Below, in pieces: positions 1 through 13,124 of a stretch of 64,000 bases of DNA. The notes under the pieces are model-generated. The model did no database searches, was not told the DNA's origin, and worked only from the letters and a program-made list of their open reading frames with translations. The stretch lies in NCBI RefSeq assembly GCF_009914755.1, contig NC_060947.1, one strand, 5' to 3'. The stretch's first letter is position 1, and every line of letters begins with the position of its first letter. The DNA is from the human T2T-CHM13v2.0 reference genome, Homo sapiens. A program made the position numbers and the translations under genes.

Positions 1-1004
1 GGAGAAAGGAACTTTATAGTTTTAGAGTATTCAATTACTCCACTGCAAAAACTACAATGGTGGCAAGTAGTTAGGTGTACAGTTGATAACCTTTTAGATT
101 CTGTCTTACTTTTGGACCAGGAAGCCATCTGTTACTAGAATCTTTTTGTAATTTAGGTCAAAGAGAACTCTTTAGTCAGCTTTTGTTTCTTTCCCTCTCT
201 TTTGCACAGTTAAAATTCCAAAACATGTCATTCAACACTAGAAATAAGCTTCTGACCTGACTGGATATATCTGTCTGGGTTTTCAGGAACAGAATATCCA
301 AGAGAATTCATAATTTGTTTTGCCACTTTGCTGGTTTCTAGTTCTGAGGTAGATTTAGTGTCAGAGTTTAAACTTTCAGGTGCCATTCTTTCTGCATTAC
401 TTGACAGAACAATTCCTAATTAATGCTGTAACCATCACCACTTCTCCATTAATTATTTTTCCTGTCAGATGATTTTCTCTTTTGCATGTGCACACACACA
501 CAATCACACCCTAAACAAAACAAGTGTATCCAAAAATAGAGGCAGAGGAGAAAGGAGAGCAGTTGCCAGTCACATAGTCTACCATGTTAGTGGCACTCCC
601 CAGAGTCGTTTGGTCTCCAGTCTGCACCATATGAAGCAGCCTTGGAGAGAAGGAGATGACAGGGAGGAAAAGAAAGTTCAGGAGTTTGAGTTCAGGATTT
701 CTGAGTTGCTGAAAACCTGACACCCTCAGACTAACCAGACAACACAAATGTTAATTCTATCTTATCACAAGCTTAAAATTCAAGGAGTCACAAAAACTTA
801 TGATTAATTTAAAAAGACATCTTTACTATGAAACTTTATACTTCAAGTAAGTGTGTATATATCTATCTCATACTCAGTAAGTACATTTACACCGTATTAG
901 ACAATTATCTAGCCAATTTAACCAATGAAGAAAACCAAATGTGACGATTTAAATGAAAAAATGTATGTTAGGACCATCATTAATTAATTCATGAACAAAT
1001 AAGG

Positions 1005-1200
1005 TAGTGAAAAACTAACTTTGGAGCCCAAAAAACCAGGACTGAAATCTTAGATCATCTATTTAACACCTGTATAGCTTTGGACAAGTCACTTAACCTG
1101 AGCATCAGTTTATTATCTGTAAAATGGCAGCAATGATACCAGCTTTGCACAGTTAGGGGGATAGTTTATAGTCCTGTGTATAGGCACTTAATAAACAGTA
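1005..1200 (+). mobile_element. MIR SINE fragment
   Basis: MIR core-like text 'ttggacaagtcacttaacctgagcatcagtttattatctgtaaaatgg'. Boundaries approximate. Confidence 0.7.
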
Positions 1201-2557
1201 TTTATCCGACATGATTGCATGCTACAGCAAGAGCCACAAGGTATCAGAATGCTAAAGAGGAAAAGGTGTTAGGAGTTAAGTCGCTATGGGGTCTGGTCTA
1301 TGCTAAGGAGAGCACTAGGCTGCTAAAGCCCCATCACACTGACTTCCTGAGACACAGATCACATCACAAGACCCCTGATTTTACATTAAGTCCTTCCTAT
1401 GTAGTTTATCCAGGGACCAAGATTATGGCTTTTGGAAACGACTGTGTTTTGAGCTAGGACCAGATGGAGACAGCCAGATTTGGGAGAAGGAGGGTCTCCA
1501 CAGTGTAGCCCTTCTTACCACCTTCCCTTGGCCATGCGTGCACTTTATTTTTCTGCCACATTGGCCGCATGCTGTTCTCATCACTAGACACCTGGCAACT
1601 AGCAAACAACAGGCTTTTCTGGAAAGCCAGTCAGTTTGCATTGGTAACACTATCTAGTGGAATTGACAAAGCAGGCTCCCAAAACAATAAATCTTCAGTT
1701 GCCTCTAGAGAACAGCCACAGTTTTATGCTCCACTGGAATACATATATGTATATCTTCCTGACATTGACTATTTGTTAACAAAAAAAAAATCCCTAATCA
1801 GTCTGGAGCTTCTGAGTATTAGTGGAGAGATGGAATCCCAATTTTCAGTAAAAAGCAAATGGAGTTTAATAGTGGTGTCTCTCTCTGTCTCTCCATCTCT
1901 CTCTCTCCCCCCATTTTTAGAAAAAATCTATTTATATTACTTGTCAAAATATAAACTTCCTTGCATAAAACATGGTTGCCAAAGTCTAAAATTTGTTTTC
2001 CAATATCAAAAGTTTTGATTCAAACAGCCTAAAATATGAGATGACAACATTGGGAACACAATTGATTAATTGATTTTAAAATTTGGCAACAAAGCAGCAA
2101 AATCTTAGAAGCTCTAAAGATCTTTACAATGGACCTTTAGAAGTTATCTGATTCAACTCATATGGTGACTGGATTCCAACTACTTTATCCCAAACTTGGG
2201 GTCAGCTTGCTTCCTCATGAGCAACACTCCAGTAATGGGGAAAGCAGTACACTCTGGGACAACCCAGTTGATTAGTGGCAAATGCAGATTGTCATAAAGT
2301 TCTTAATTAAACTCAATTACAAAATCAGAACAGTATTATAAGTAGAAAATGTTGCACAAGGGAAACAATAAAGATGTTTATTACAATTCGAAATACATAA
2401 ATTCCCAAACTTTCTCTAAATGATAATGTTTTTTTTTTACTATTACCAAAAGAAATCTGTGGTGATAATATTATTCAAAGTTTTGAGCTACATGGAAAGT
2501 GAATATGATAACAGAAAATGTCAAGCGGTTCTAGTTAAATACACTAAGATTAAACGG

Positions 2558-2920
2558 TGATATGGTCTGGCTCTGCGGCCCCACCAAAATCTCATCTTGA
2601 ATTGTAACCCTAATTGTAATCCTCACATGTTGGGGGAGGGACCTGGTGGGAGGTGACTGGATCATGGGGGTGGTTCTCATGATAGTGTATGAGTTCTCAT
2701 GAGATCTGATGGCTTTGTAAGGGACTCTTCCCCCTTTGCTCTGCACTTCTCTCCCCTGCTGCCTTGTGAAGAAAAACATGTTGCTTCCCCTTCCACCATG
2801 ATTGTAAGTTTCCTGAGGCTTCCTCAGCCAGGCAGAACTGTGAGTCAATGAAACCTCTTTCCTTTTAAATTACCCAGTCTCGGGCAGTTATTTATAGTAA
2901 GGTGAGAATGGACTAATACA
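2558..2920 (+). mobile_element. THE1/MST-type MaLR solo LTR
   Basis: Starts 'tgatatggtctggctctg...caaaatctcatcttgaattgta' and ends 'gaatggactaataca'. 5-bp TSD aacgg (2553-2557) / aatgg (2921-2925). Confidence 0.9.
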
Positions 2921-3049
2921 AATGGGATGGTGTCTCTGAATTCACTACAGAAGAAGACACAAAACTCCTCTGGTTAACAACAGCCTTACTATTTAGTCCC
3001 TTGACTTTAACCCCTTCTACATCTTCTAGAAATTTCCCTGCCAATTATC

Positions 3050-3965
3050 CCATCATTCATTTGTTCAACCCATATTTGTTGAATACCTAAATATGTGCTA
3101 GGCATGCTTGTAGTCACCAATGATGTATCAGTGAACAAAACAGACTTTCTAGTGGTATTTTAATCTCATTCTTTTTCACCTGTTGACTCCACATCTGTAT
3201 CTAGCTTCCACCTGACCTGCTTTTCTTTGAAATCTCAAGAGTTCTTCACACTCACTGCCTCCAAGTCTTCACTTTTCATTTATTCCCCAACCCACTCCTG
3301 TCTGCATATATACTCACTCTTCCTCTTAAACTGCTCTTCCTCCCTCTGTTCACCAATGATTTCATAATTTCCAAACCTAACAGACTTGATCTCTCAACTG
3401 CATTTGATGCTGTTCATGGCTTCCCACTTTTTAAAACCCTTAACTCCCTTGCTTTCATGACACGCATCTCTGCTGGTTCTCTTTTTTAAAATCTCCTTTT
3501 CCTCTGCCTACTCCTTAAATGTTGATAAATCTCAAGGTTTAACTCTTAGCCAAATGCTCTTCTCACTTTCCACATATTTTCAGGATGATCTCATCCCCTC
3601 TTTTGCATTTAACTACTAGGTCAGACCTTTCCTATCTTCAAACCCATTTGCCCAACTGTCTGCTGGACCTCTCTACCTGGATGTCTCACAGGCACTCTCA
3701 TTACAAATATTCATAATATTCCCCCTAAAAGGTCCCCTCTTTGTTTTCCCAATTTTCATGAATACCGTCACTATTCACCTACATACTCACAGTACAGACT
3801 AAGTCTTTGCCTAGGACCGTCCCATTCTTTCAACTTCCAACTCTAACTAGTCAAGTACTAGTGATTTTGCCTTTGAAATTATTCCACAATCTGCACACTC
3901 TTCTCAATCCCTGGTACCACTGTTTATTTCATGCCCTCGCCATTGCTTACATGTACTGCTACTGT
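3050..3965. mobile_element. L2 LINE fragments
   Basis: L2 3'-end-like 'cattcatttgttcaacccatatttgttgaatacct' followed by pyrimidine-rich L2 body-like text ('ctctacctggatgtctcacaggcactctca'). Boundaries approximate. Confidence 0.6.
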
Positions 3966-3969
3966 CCCC

Positions 3970-4537
3970 TTGTTAGCGTCAATAACCTCTAGCCAAGGAC
4001 TCCAGAAACGCATCTATAGTTAAACAAGTTGGGTTTATTACTCATTGCAGTGAGGGAGAGCACACACCGTGGAGAAGCATAGGTTATCTTAGTAAGAAGA
4101 AGTTAAAAGAACCAGTTATAAGATTTGGGCTTTAGTTGGTCTAAGGAGCAAGACCTCACCTTGGATTGGATACTATCAAGAAATGGGAGCAATTTTATCA
4201 TTGGGTATCTCAATAAATCTTATCTATATGGAGGACATACTAGAGCAGTGATAAATCTGTAATTGGTAAAGAAGTAACAATCACTCATTTCAGCAGAGAG
4301 AGGAAGATATTTGATATATTGTGGGGGGCAGAGTGACCTTGGTTTTGTCTGTGCTGAGACAAAATATGAAGTGGTCTTGTTTTGTTTCACTATATCATGG
4401 CCTCAGAGTAACTGTGTGGGGTGTTGGGGTTCTGTGGGGTTTTAAAATGTCCAACAGGAGAATAACATGGCCTAGCTGTGAGTGCTAAGCCAGTTTCTAG
4501 ATATCAGGGGTTGCGTTTTAATTTTTTTTCTATCTCA
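3970..4537 (-). mobile_element. ERV1-class solo LTR (MER31/MER67-like, family uncertain)
   Basis: TG...CA termini ('tgttagcg'...'tatctca'), minus-strand AATAAA ('gggtttattac'), and a 'cctagctgtgagtgctaagccag' motif I recall from MER4-group LTRs. Interrupts L2-like sequence. Confidence 0.55.
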
Positions 4538-5237
4538 TTGGTATCTCTGTTTTAATTCTTGTCCTTTTCTGATTCACCTTCCACACTTCAGCCAAGAGAA
4601 CCCCAGCTAAACCACAAATGATTTTATCATGTCAAAATTTTTTCATGAAGTCTCTGCTTAACCCCTCGTCCAGGTGCAACCCCTGCTTCCTTTGAAAGAG
4701 CATGTTGTCACTGCCATCCTGAAGGCACATATATTTTGCTTTGTTACATTGTGATTATGTTTGACTCAGTGCACTCCTTCTAAGTTCTCAATATGATGAA
4801 AGACATCTGTCAGTTACTGCCTGAAAGTCACACCAGTTTGGTTGAGATCATGAGAATGCAGGCTATAGTTGTACCACTTATAAATCACCATAAATTTTAA
4901 AGACTGATGTATTCAGATCAAAGACCAGTAGATGGTGTTAAATCATCATCAAAGGCATTTTTGCTTATTAAGTGCACATTTCACATGATGCTAAGAGAAA
5001 AATTAATCAGATTGAGCCAGAAAACTCATCTCTATCTTCTGGAAATCCACAGCATATTCAAGGATAAGAAATCTAGACCAAGACACACATATTACGAGTA
5101 GGAATTCAGCAAATAAAATATTAAAATTATGCATTATGTTATGTTCACACTGAGGAAATAATGAGTAAAGAGTAGTGGCAGGGAAATTAAAAAATACAAG
5201 CCTTTTGTATCGGAGGACAAGTAACCATCAACCTACC

Positions 5238-5682
5238 TTTTTTCTTTTAAGGAGTGATGAGACCTTTGTTAACATCCAGCAGACAGGCCAGTGTTTGGGA
5301 CCAACAGGCCAATGGTCCAGTGTTCAGGCAGGCAACAAGGGAAATGTGGGCAGGTGAGCATGGGCCAGGCAGGTAGGCAGCCAGCAAGCAAGAGAGGTGC
5401 AGCTGGAGGCTTCCCTGTGAGAGCTGAGGAATCCCTTCAGAACTCCATGTCCACCATGTGGGAAAATGGCCTGCCTGAGTCAGGCTGGCCTTTTTTTGTA
5501 ACTGGATATCATATAATGCAAATATAGAAGAGGATCACGAGTTTGTGGATCCACTCCTTCCAGACTAAGGAAGAATTGTTGTTTGATGGCATCCTCTGCA
5601 GTTGATCCTCAAACTGCAGCAGCTTGGTGAGGAGGTTGGCCTTGTCACTGTCAAATTGGAGTGAACAGCTCAAAAAGGCCCT
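5238..5682 (-). pseudogene. CDK16: Processed pseudogene fragment of CDK16 (PCTAIRE-1): kinase C-terminus plus proximal 3' UTR. The symbol given is that of the parent gene.
   Basis: Across frameshifts the minus strand reads [63 protein letters not shown] (stop at 5437-5439). This matches the CDK16 C-terminus as I recall it: [50 protein letters not shown]...IQLQKEASL...DSGRPAFRVVDTEF*. It is followed by 3'UTR-like 'gcctacctgcctggcccatgctcacctgccca...ggcctgtctgctgg..ctcatcactcctt' and an A-rich tail (T-tract 5238-5248). No introns. Confidence 0.88.
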
Positions 5683-5729
5683 GGATCACAGAAATTTCAG
5701 AAGACAGTATCAAAGAAAATGATCAAATG

Positions 5730-6720
5730 GTAGAAAATAGATTCAATTGGATTCAATAAATATAGATCCTCTATCGTGTCCATGGCACTGTATTATGTTC
5801 TAAAAAAAATGTAATAAGAAAGGCAAAGTTCTGGTCCTCCAGGAGTTTACAATCTACTAGAAGGAGTATGACAAGCACACCAACAGCCGCCAGACAAAGT
5901 TTGATACAATGCATGTCAGCTAAGAGGTAAGGGCGAAATCTTGTAGGAATTTGAAAGGAAGAGAAAGTACATCCAGTTGGGGAAGTTAGAAGAAAGATTT
6001 TTAGGAAAGCATTCTTTTTAAACTAAGCTTTAGAACAATTCCAGTATCCAATACAGTTCTGAAACTCAGGAAGAAAGTTTTATTTAGTTTTTAAGTCACA
6101 GTCATAGGATGGAAAAAACCTCATCTCAGGGGAAAACAGATTAGTATAGAGGATTAAACCCTGAAGAACATCTACACGTAAGTGGTGGGCAGGGGAAAAA
6201 AGAGCCATTGAATGAGACTAACGAGAAATGTTAAGCAAAGTAGAAGGATATCTGCCATCATGGATGTCAAAGAAGGAGAAAATTTCAAGCTGCATGAAGG
6301 TTTAGAGAAATGGAGACTGAAAAGAGGCCACTAGATTTGGTAACCAGGAGGTCCATGATAACCTTGGTGAGTGCTTCACTGAAGTGAATTGACAAGTGAA
6401 TAGAACATGGATACAGTGAATAGATTTCTCTTTGAAAAGAAAGAGCAGCTTGAAAGAGAGAGAAGGTTGAGTAAAGAGTTCATTTTTATGCTCATAGTTG
6501 TAAGATTAGGAGAGAAAGAAGATCATTGCCAGGGAAATATGCCAACGAGGCAGGAAGAGATGGAATTCAAATGATACTTGGATAAGATAACCTCAGAGAG
6601 AAGGAAGAACAGACATTATAAGAATGTAGGGATATAAGTAAGTGTAGAAAAAGCAAGAGAGTGAAATAGGGGAAGCTCATCCCTAATCGTCTCTATTGTC
6701 TCTAATCTCTATGATACAAA
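5730..6720 (-). mobile_element. L2 LINE fragment
   Basis: Purine-rich antisense L2-like text ('ggagtttacaatctactagaagg', 'gagactgaaaagaggccactagatttggtaaccaggaggtc'). Boundaries approximate. Confidence 0.6.
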
Positions 6721-6822
6721 GGGATCAGGAATCAGCATAACTCTGGGGTCCATAAATCTTGGATTCTAGCCCAAGTTTAACCAGTTGTTACCTCCATGAC
6801 CTTGAGTATATTATTTACTCTC

Positions 6823-7395
6823 TGAGTATATTAGTTAGGGTTCTCCAAAGAGACAAAATCAATAAGAGATCTATCTATTTATCTCTAGAGAGAGAGAGAG
6901 AGAGAGAAGAGGAGGTTTATCAGGGGAATTGGCTCATGTGATTATGGAGGCTGAGAAGTCTCGGAACAGGCCATCTGCAAGCTGAAGACCCTGGGGTGCT
7001 GGTAGTCGTCTCAGTGCAAGTGCAAAGTCCTCAGAATCAGGGAAGCCAATGGTATACCTCTCAGTCCAAAGTCAAACCTGGGGGACCACTCGTGTAAGTC
7101 CTGGAGTTCAAAGGCTAGGCAGACTGGAGTTGTTGTCCAAGGACAGGAGAGGAAGAGTGTATCCCCATTCCCACAGGAAGATCAACACATTCACCTTTTC
7201 TGTTTTTGTTGTCTCCATGCCCCCAGCAGAGAGGACAGTACCCACTCACATTGAGAGCAGAGCTTCCCTATCTAGTTCACTCAGACTCACAGGCTAATCT
7301 CCTCTGAAAACGTGCTGGTAGAGACCCCCAAAAATAATGATTTACCAGGTTCCTAGGTATTCCTTAATCCAGTTAAGTTGACACCTAAAACAATT
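6823..7395 (-). mobile_element. MLT2 (ERVL) solo LTR, between MIR fragments
   Basis: 'attagttagggttctccaaagagac', internal (GA)n, 'aattggctcatgtgattatggaggctgagaagtc', ending 'ccagttaagttgacacctaaaa'. MIR-like pieces lie on both sides. Confidence 0.8.
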
Positions 7396-8279
7396 GAGAA
7401 AACAATTATTTCCTTGCAGCAATGTTTCCATAATAATGATGTAAAGGAAATTGCAGAGGGCCTGGCATATAGTACATATATAATAAATGATAGCTATTAT
7501 TACTATCATTATTTGCAGCATAAGAACAAAAAAAATTTAATTTTAATTTTCTAGTACATAAAATGGGGAGAATAATAGCTATCACACAGGTTTCCTGGGA
7601 AAATAATGATTTGTGTGAAACTCAAGTCAGTCTTCTCCCTTGCAAGGATCACCTTCTTCTAGTATATACTGAAAGAGGGATTCTCTCACATCTGCTTCTG
7701 AATTTCCCACCTTGCAGCAGCTCTTTCCTGCCAAACCATGGGCCATTTCTTTTTTAGATGTTCACTACCTCTAGAAATGCTTGGATACTGTCACCCACTA
7801 TATACCATGTTGCTCCCTACAAATGGGTATCATCGGGGGGTCAATGTGTGGTAATTCACATTTCTTTTTACCACTCTATTCCTTTACTCCTCATATCTCC
7901 ACCACCCAAGGTAGTGGAGGTGAGTCTTTACTGAGGAGTTGAGAGTAACTAAAGAGAATTCCAACATGGAAGGGTAAAGATCTAAAACTATGCTCTTCAT
8001 ATGACTGTTTCCATAGCCCAAGAGACAAGCACTACAAATAATTAGCTTCTTCAAAGAGTTCCCATTTTAAATATTTCCAGCTCCTAGCCTTCCTACTTGC
8101 TCCATGGACCCATCCTCCTGGACCTTCAGCACCACGGTCTGGGTGGCCTTTTGTTCTCCAAACTTGGTCCCTCCAATCCCCACCAAGATCTTCCTGCCCA
8201 TGAAAAAATTAGAATGAGGAATCATTCTGGACATCCAGAAGATAAAAGAAAACCAAATACACACTACTCACCTCTCCAA

Positions 8280-8692
8280 TCCCCAAAAACCCACATGCTA
8301 CACTCATCATATTCAATTATTTGAAGTTGCTCTATATGTACGTGTATGTATGCATGCATACCTATCCTGCCTAATTTCTTGCCTTTAACCTCATCTTTAC
8401 ACCTGTGTTTACATTTGCCTTTCTGGCTCCTCTCCATATGATACTTCAACCACACTGAATTATTTAAAGGACTTCAATATAATATATTTCCTATTGCTTC
8501 CAAGACTTTTTAAAATGTGGTCCTTTCACACAGAATCCTGATTAGAAAGAGTTCAAGGGGGAAGAGAGGGAAAAGCCGTAGGGAAGCCAACACTGCCATA
8601 TATTGCTAGTAGGATACATAATAGGACAACTTCTATAAAGGGCTATCTCTGCCATATTTCAGTATTTCAGTACTCAGTACTGTATCAGTTAT
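8280..8692 (+). repeat. Copy A of a dispersed inverted duplication (partner at ~35140-35845)
   Basis: Its reverse complement aligns colinearly with 35140-35320 and 35618-35845. The ORF track shows near-identical translations ([27 protein letters not shown]) at both sites. Confidence 0.9.
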
Positions 8693-8755
8693 AACCCTAT
8701 GTGTGTGTGTGCGTGTGTGTGTGTGTGTGTATGCATACCCAAGACTTATCTTATA

Positions 8756-9101
8756 CAGGTATGCCTTGTTTTATTGCACTTTGCAAATACTGCATTTTTT
8801 TCAAATTGAAGGTTTGTGGAAACCTTTTTTTTGAGCAATTCTGTAGTGCCATTTTTTTCAACGGCATGTACTCACTTCATGTCTCTGTGTCAGCATTTTT
8901 TAGCAATAAAGTATTTTTAAACTAAGGTGTGTACATTTTTTAGACATAATGCTATTGTACCCCTAATTAACTATAGTATAGTGTAAACACAACATTTATA
9001 TGCACTAGAAAACCAAAAATGTGTGTGACTCACTTTATTGCAATATTTGCTTTATTTTGTTGGCCTGGAAGTGAGCCCACAATATCTTCAAGGTATGCCT
9101 G
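8756..9101 (+). mobile_element. Tigger1 internally deleted DNA transposon (TcMar)
   Basis: Termini 'caggtatgccttgttttattgcacttt' and 'atatcttcaaggtatgcctg', with a TA duplication on both sides. Confidence 0.85.
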
Positions 9102-12100
9102 TACATATATATACATATTCATATATATGTGTGAGTGTGTGTATATATATGAACATACTATACACAGACAATCTAGATCCAATCTGAGTAAGAAAAAAAT
9201 TTTCCTAAATGAAACATATTCTGCATGGATCTCTGCCCACAACAGAAGAAGGCCATGTGAGACCTAAGACGGGGAGAAGGGGAGCAATTAGACTTATTAT
9301 CCACCTAGCAATGGTTCCACAAACATCCTGCATAAGCTTTGCAATTACCAGTTTCCTGTACATTTATAGATGCTATCAAGCCATTTACTCTAAATTGAAG
9401 AGGAATAAAACAAGGATTTATCTTCCTGACGAAATATACTCCTCCAATTATATATATTTTAGCACCAGGCACACAGTAGACATGTAATAAATAGTAGCTA
9501 TTATTGAATTGCCTTGATTGTGTCACTCATAATTCAGAAATATGAGATTTAACCTTTCTAATAGTCCTGCATTTCCTGAACCTAATTCTCTTAACAAAGA
9601 CATTAGCCTCATAGACATCACCATAATTTTTTTCCTTTCTAAAACTTGTTTTATTCATAGAGTTTTTGGAGCTTGTGAATACAAGGCTACACTCATCACA
9701 GACTGTCAAGTAGTCCCCTCTATAACAGTTCTCTTTATGGTAAGATTTTTTAAAAGTGAGTTGTTAAATGTCACACACACTCAGCTACGTTAAGAGCAGA
9801 TGTGATTAGGTCACGGCAAAACAAGCAGAAACCCTGACATTTAACCCTGTGGGTGAAACTTTTACAAATAGAGTGGAAGCTAGTTGGTGGTTTTCTTTAC
9901 ATTATTTAAATTTAAAAACAGATTATGCATTTTTTAGTTAAAATGTAATCAATTTCTTCCAAATTGATTAAACAGGGTCAGATGTAGAATGAAAAATATC
10001 AGAAAAATCAGAAAAATAGCAGTAGGCTAAATGATGGGTTCAGAGCTCAAAATACATGACCTTGGTTTCCAATTTCCTGTTTGTAGTATAAATCCTTTGT
10101 TCCTAGCACTTATATCATTATTGTTATCTGAGGTTTAGTTTGGGCTTTCAGAGAAACCAGTGCATTTCCATCATTTCATATTCAGGAAAAGAAACTAAAG
10201 TATATTGACTGATTGCTTCATGCTGGGTACTTTCATAAGCATTGTCTCACTTAATCTGCACAACAATCATGTAATATATGGATCATTATATCAACTTCAG
10301 TGCTGAGAAAAATAAGCTGAGACACTTTAAGTAATCTATTCATGGTCACACTATTTTTAACTGATGGTCTTTACAACCAAGCCCACGTTACAGCAGGTAT
10401 TGAAAAATTGTCTAAAATTCTGATGCTTCATTAATTCAAACAGTTCTGTTCCCAATTAATTCAAGTGACTGATGCTGGACTATAGTTCAAAAGCAACTGA
10501 ATTTGCATAAGGTTATTTCCATGTCTACAGAAAGTATTATTCCACCTTTTCCTAAAAGATTTGTACACACTTGTCTCTTGCTTTTTCCTTCTAAGAAAAA
10601 TGTGCTCAACTCTCTCCCACATGCACAAATAGACTGTTAATATTACTTAATAACTGATCTTATTTGTGATTATATACCAGGTATGAATTTCAGTCCACAA
10701 TGTCAAATGCACAAGAAAAATTACTTTCTTTGTTTTTCTATAATGCAAATTTACTTCTATTTTGAGCTCCATTTCACTGAGATGGCAAAAACATAATCTC
10801 GGTCAATGTTAGGTCCTCCTATTTTCCCAGGGTTATATCTACATTCCAGGAACCTTCTACAATACCAAGATAAAAGAGGGTGTGGAATCTTGTTCTTGAG
10901 CTAAGCACACATCCCTCAAGATGTCTTTTGCTACCTTAAGATCCTGAGTCCTTCTGAAGCCTCTGCATCACACAGGAGTCTTTTTGTTGCTTCAGTGCTG
11001 GAAGGAGAAGAAATGGTGAGCTTGGTAGGGACCCATCTGTGCAGACACCACTCACAGTTATTGCCTTGCCACTTCTCTGGTGCTCTGCCTGGGAAAAGAA
11101 AACAGTTTACAGGACCCCCCTTTCCAAGGCCCGCTAACATTTGTGCTCTAATCAAATTCTCTCCCTCCAACATAGAGAAAACTTTCTCTGGTCCAGTAGG
11201 GGAGAGCCACCATTTCTTTCCTTCTCCTACCTTTCACCCCCGCAAAAATCTTCTAAGTAACTCTAAGGGCTTAGGCTTCTGAAGCACACACTAGAGAGAG
11301 GACTTGCATACTTTTTCTGCTTTCTGCCCTGTCATCTCTCTCCCCTGATATAATGAGCATAGAGACAGCTGTGTGCCTGAACACAGAAATGAGAAAGAGG
11401 TAAATACATAGAGGAAACACAGCTCAATATCTCAAAAATATTACCCCACCAAATTTATATGACCTTTTTGAAATGCACATCCCCCCATCTGCCCCATCAT
11501 TCATTTAAAAGGTATTCAATGAATGATGCCAAAAAGGCATAAAATAGGATCATAACCTCATCTAAAAGATAGGACATGCACACTAAAAGACACCTAATGC
11601 GCAAAGAATCAACCATATGCTAGCAACCCAAATAAAACCTAATTTGAAGACTAAAGGAATTCTGGGAAAGGAGTAATTGCCAGAGGCTAAGGCTTTCAGG
11701 GATATTGCCGAGAATACCAAGTATATGAAAAATCTTGAAGGTCTTGTGCGTTTAGAAAATTGAGAAGTGGTTCTGGGCTGGCAAGATGGCCGAATAGGAA
11801 CAGCTCCAGTCTGCAGCTCCCAGTGAGATTGACACAGAAGGTAGGTGATTTCTGCATTTCCAACTGAGGTACCCGGCTCATCTCATTGGGACTGGTTAGA
11901 TAGTATGCAGCTCACAGAGGGCGAGCTGAAGCAGGGTGGGGCATTGCCTCACCCAGGAAGCACAAGGGGTTGGGGAACTCCCTCCCCTAGTCAAGGGAAG
12001 CTGTGAGAGACTGTGCCATGAGGAACAGTGCATTCCAGCTCACGTATTACACTTTTCCCATAGTCTTCACAACTCACAGAACAGGATATTCCCTTGGGTC

Positions 12101-13124
12101 TCTACACCACCAGGGCCCTGAGTTTCAAGCACAAAACTAGGTGACCCTTTGGGCAGACACTGACCAAGCTAGCTGCAGGAGTTTTTTTTTTTTTTTTTTT
12201 CATACCAGTGATGCCTGGAACACCAGCCAGACAGAACCTTTCACTTCCCTGGAAAGGGGGCTGAAGCCACGGAGCCAAGTGGTCTAGCTCAGTGGATCCC
12301 ACCCCCATGGAGCCCAGCAAGCTAAGATTCACTGGCTTGAAATACTCACTGCCAACAAAGCAGTCTGAAGTCTACCTGAGATGCTCGAGCTTGGTGGGGG
12401 GGAAGGGTTTCCACCATTACTGAGGCTTAAGTAGGCAGTTTTCCCCTCACAGTGTAAACAAAGCCCCCTGGAAGTTCAAACTGGGGGAGCCCACCACAGC
12501 TCAGCAAACCCTCTGTAGCCACACTGCCTCTCTAGATTCCTCCTCTCTGGGCAGGGCATCTCTGAAAGAAAGCAGCAGCCCCAGTCAGAGGCTTGTAGAT
12601 AAAATTCCCATCTCCCTGGGACAGAGCACCTGGGGGAAGGGGCAGCTATAGGCGCAGCTTCAGAAGACTTAAGCGCTCCTGCCTGCCGGCTCTGAAGAGA
12701 GCAGCAGATCACCCAACACAGTGCTCGAGGTCTGCTAAGGGACAGACTGCCTCCTCAAGTGGGTACCTGACCCCCGTGCCTCCTGACTGGGAGACACTTC
12801 CCAGCAGGGGTCAACAGACACCTCATACAGGAGAGCTCTGGCTGGCATCTGGCGGGTGCCCCTTCTGGGACGAAACTTCCAGAGGAAGGAACAGGCAGCA
12901 ATCTTTGCTGTTCTGCAGCCTCCGCAGGTGACACCCAGGAAAACAGGGCCTGGAGTAGACCTCCAGCAAACTCCAGCAGACCTGCAGCAGAGAGGCCTGA
13001 CTGTTAGATGGAAAACCAGCAAACAGAAAGGAATAGCATCAGCATCAACAAAAGGGATGTCCACACAAAAACCCCACCCGAAGGTCACCAACAACAAAGA
13101 TGAAAGGTAGATAAATCCATGAAA

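Noticed and set aside
1585-2095. Cluster of RFX-like half-sites (ggcaac/gttgcc/ggtaac)
   Set aside because: Only half-sites without a convincing full palindrome, and not distinguishable from chance by eye.
8264-8455. Duplicated ORF (WLKYHMER...) as a two-copy protein gene
   Set aside because: The similarity follows from the DNA duplication. It uses a non-ATG start, the partner ORF begins inside an Alu, and there is no recognisable domain.
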